Under the pieces are notes generated by a model. That model worked only from the letters and a program-made list of their open reading frames with translations. It was not told the DNA's origin and searched no databases. A program made the position numbers and the translations under genes. A stretch of 64,000 bases of DNA. It comes from Leucoraja ocellata. Taxonomy: Eukaryota. The stretch's first letter is position 1, and each line of letters opens with the position of its first letter. The stretch is taken from positions 868,001-932,000 of the forward strand of contig JAWMAR010000213.1 of NCBI GenBank assembly GCA_036785375.1, in the 5' to 3' direction. Below, piece by piece: positions 63,635 to 64,000 of the stretch.

Positions 63635-64000
63635 AATGGCATTGGCTTACTATTGTCACATATACCAAGATATATGAAAAACTTTTTGTGTTGTGCACTA
63701 TTCAGGTAAATCATACCATTCATGAGTACCTCTGATAGTGCAACAGAGAAAAATAAACATTGCAGAATATAGTGTTATGGCCACAGAGAACATGCAGATA
63801 AATAAAAGTGTTTTTCAATGAGAAGTATAAAGAATGACAGAGATGTGAGTGATCCTTGCTTATATTAGCTGTTTTCTCGAGGCAGCATGAAGCATAGACA
63901 AAGTCTATAGTCAGGGGTTAGGGGGAAGGGAATAGTTTGTGTGATTGACTAGGCTGAGTTCACAACTTGCTGCAATTTCTTGCACTCTTGGGCAGAGTAG
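63635..64000 (-). mobile_element. Rex1-type 3' end (diverged, runs off the window)
   Basis: tattgtcacatataccaaga tail; ctcgaggcagcatgaagcatagac..tgtgattgactaggctgagttcacaac. Confidence 0.6.

Noticed and set aside
1-64000. CRISPR arrays, operons or other prokaryotic systems
   Set aside because: The sequence is vertebrate intronic DNA, and no regularly spaced repeat-spacer array was seen.

Overview
Repeat-dominated vertebrate intronic DNA. The HE1-type tRNA/V-SINEs, CR1, Rex1, L1, L2 and Penelope families point to a cartilaginous fish, probably a skate or ray (inference). The only host coding exon I can support is a 128-bp internal exon of SLC35F1 (56276-56403, +), so the rest is probably intron. 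The window holds a two-LTR Gypsy element lacking RT/RNase H, a 5'-truncated L1 with an 18-bp TSD, a rearranged L1, a Penelope GIY-YIG fragment, two Harbinger-type MITEs, and two copies of a TIR element with unusual 7-bp target duplications. The top candidate is a 144-bp retroposon (41641-41784, -) whose first 54 nt fold by eye into a minimal HDV/CPEB3-like ribozyme starting exactly at the TSD boundary; a 5'-truncated sister copy lies at 37694-37741. There are also many TSD-flanked Penelope-derived mini-elements carrying a hammerhead core motif. Family names come from recognised motifs, not database searches. Boundaries of old repeats are approximate.
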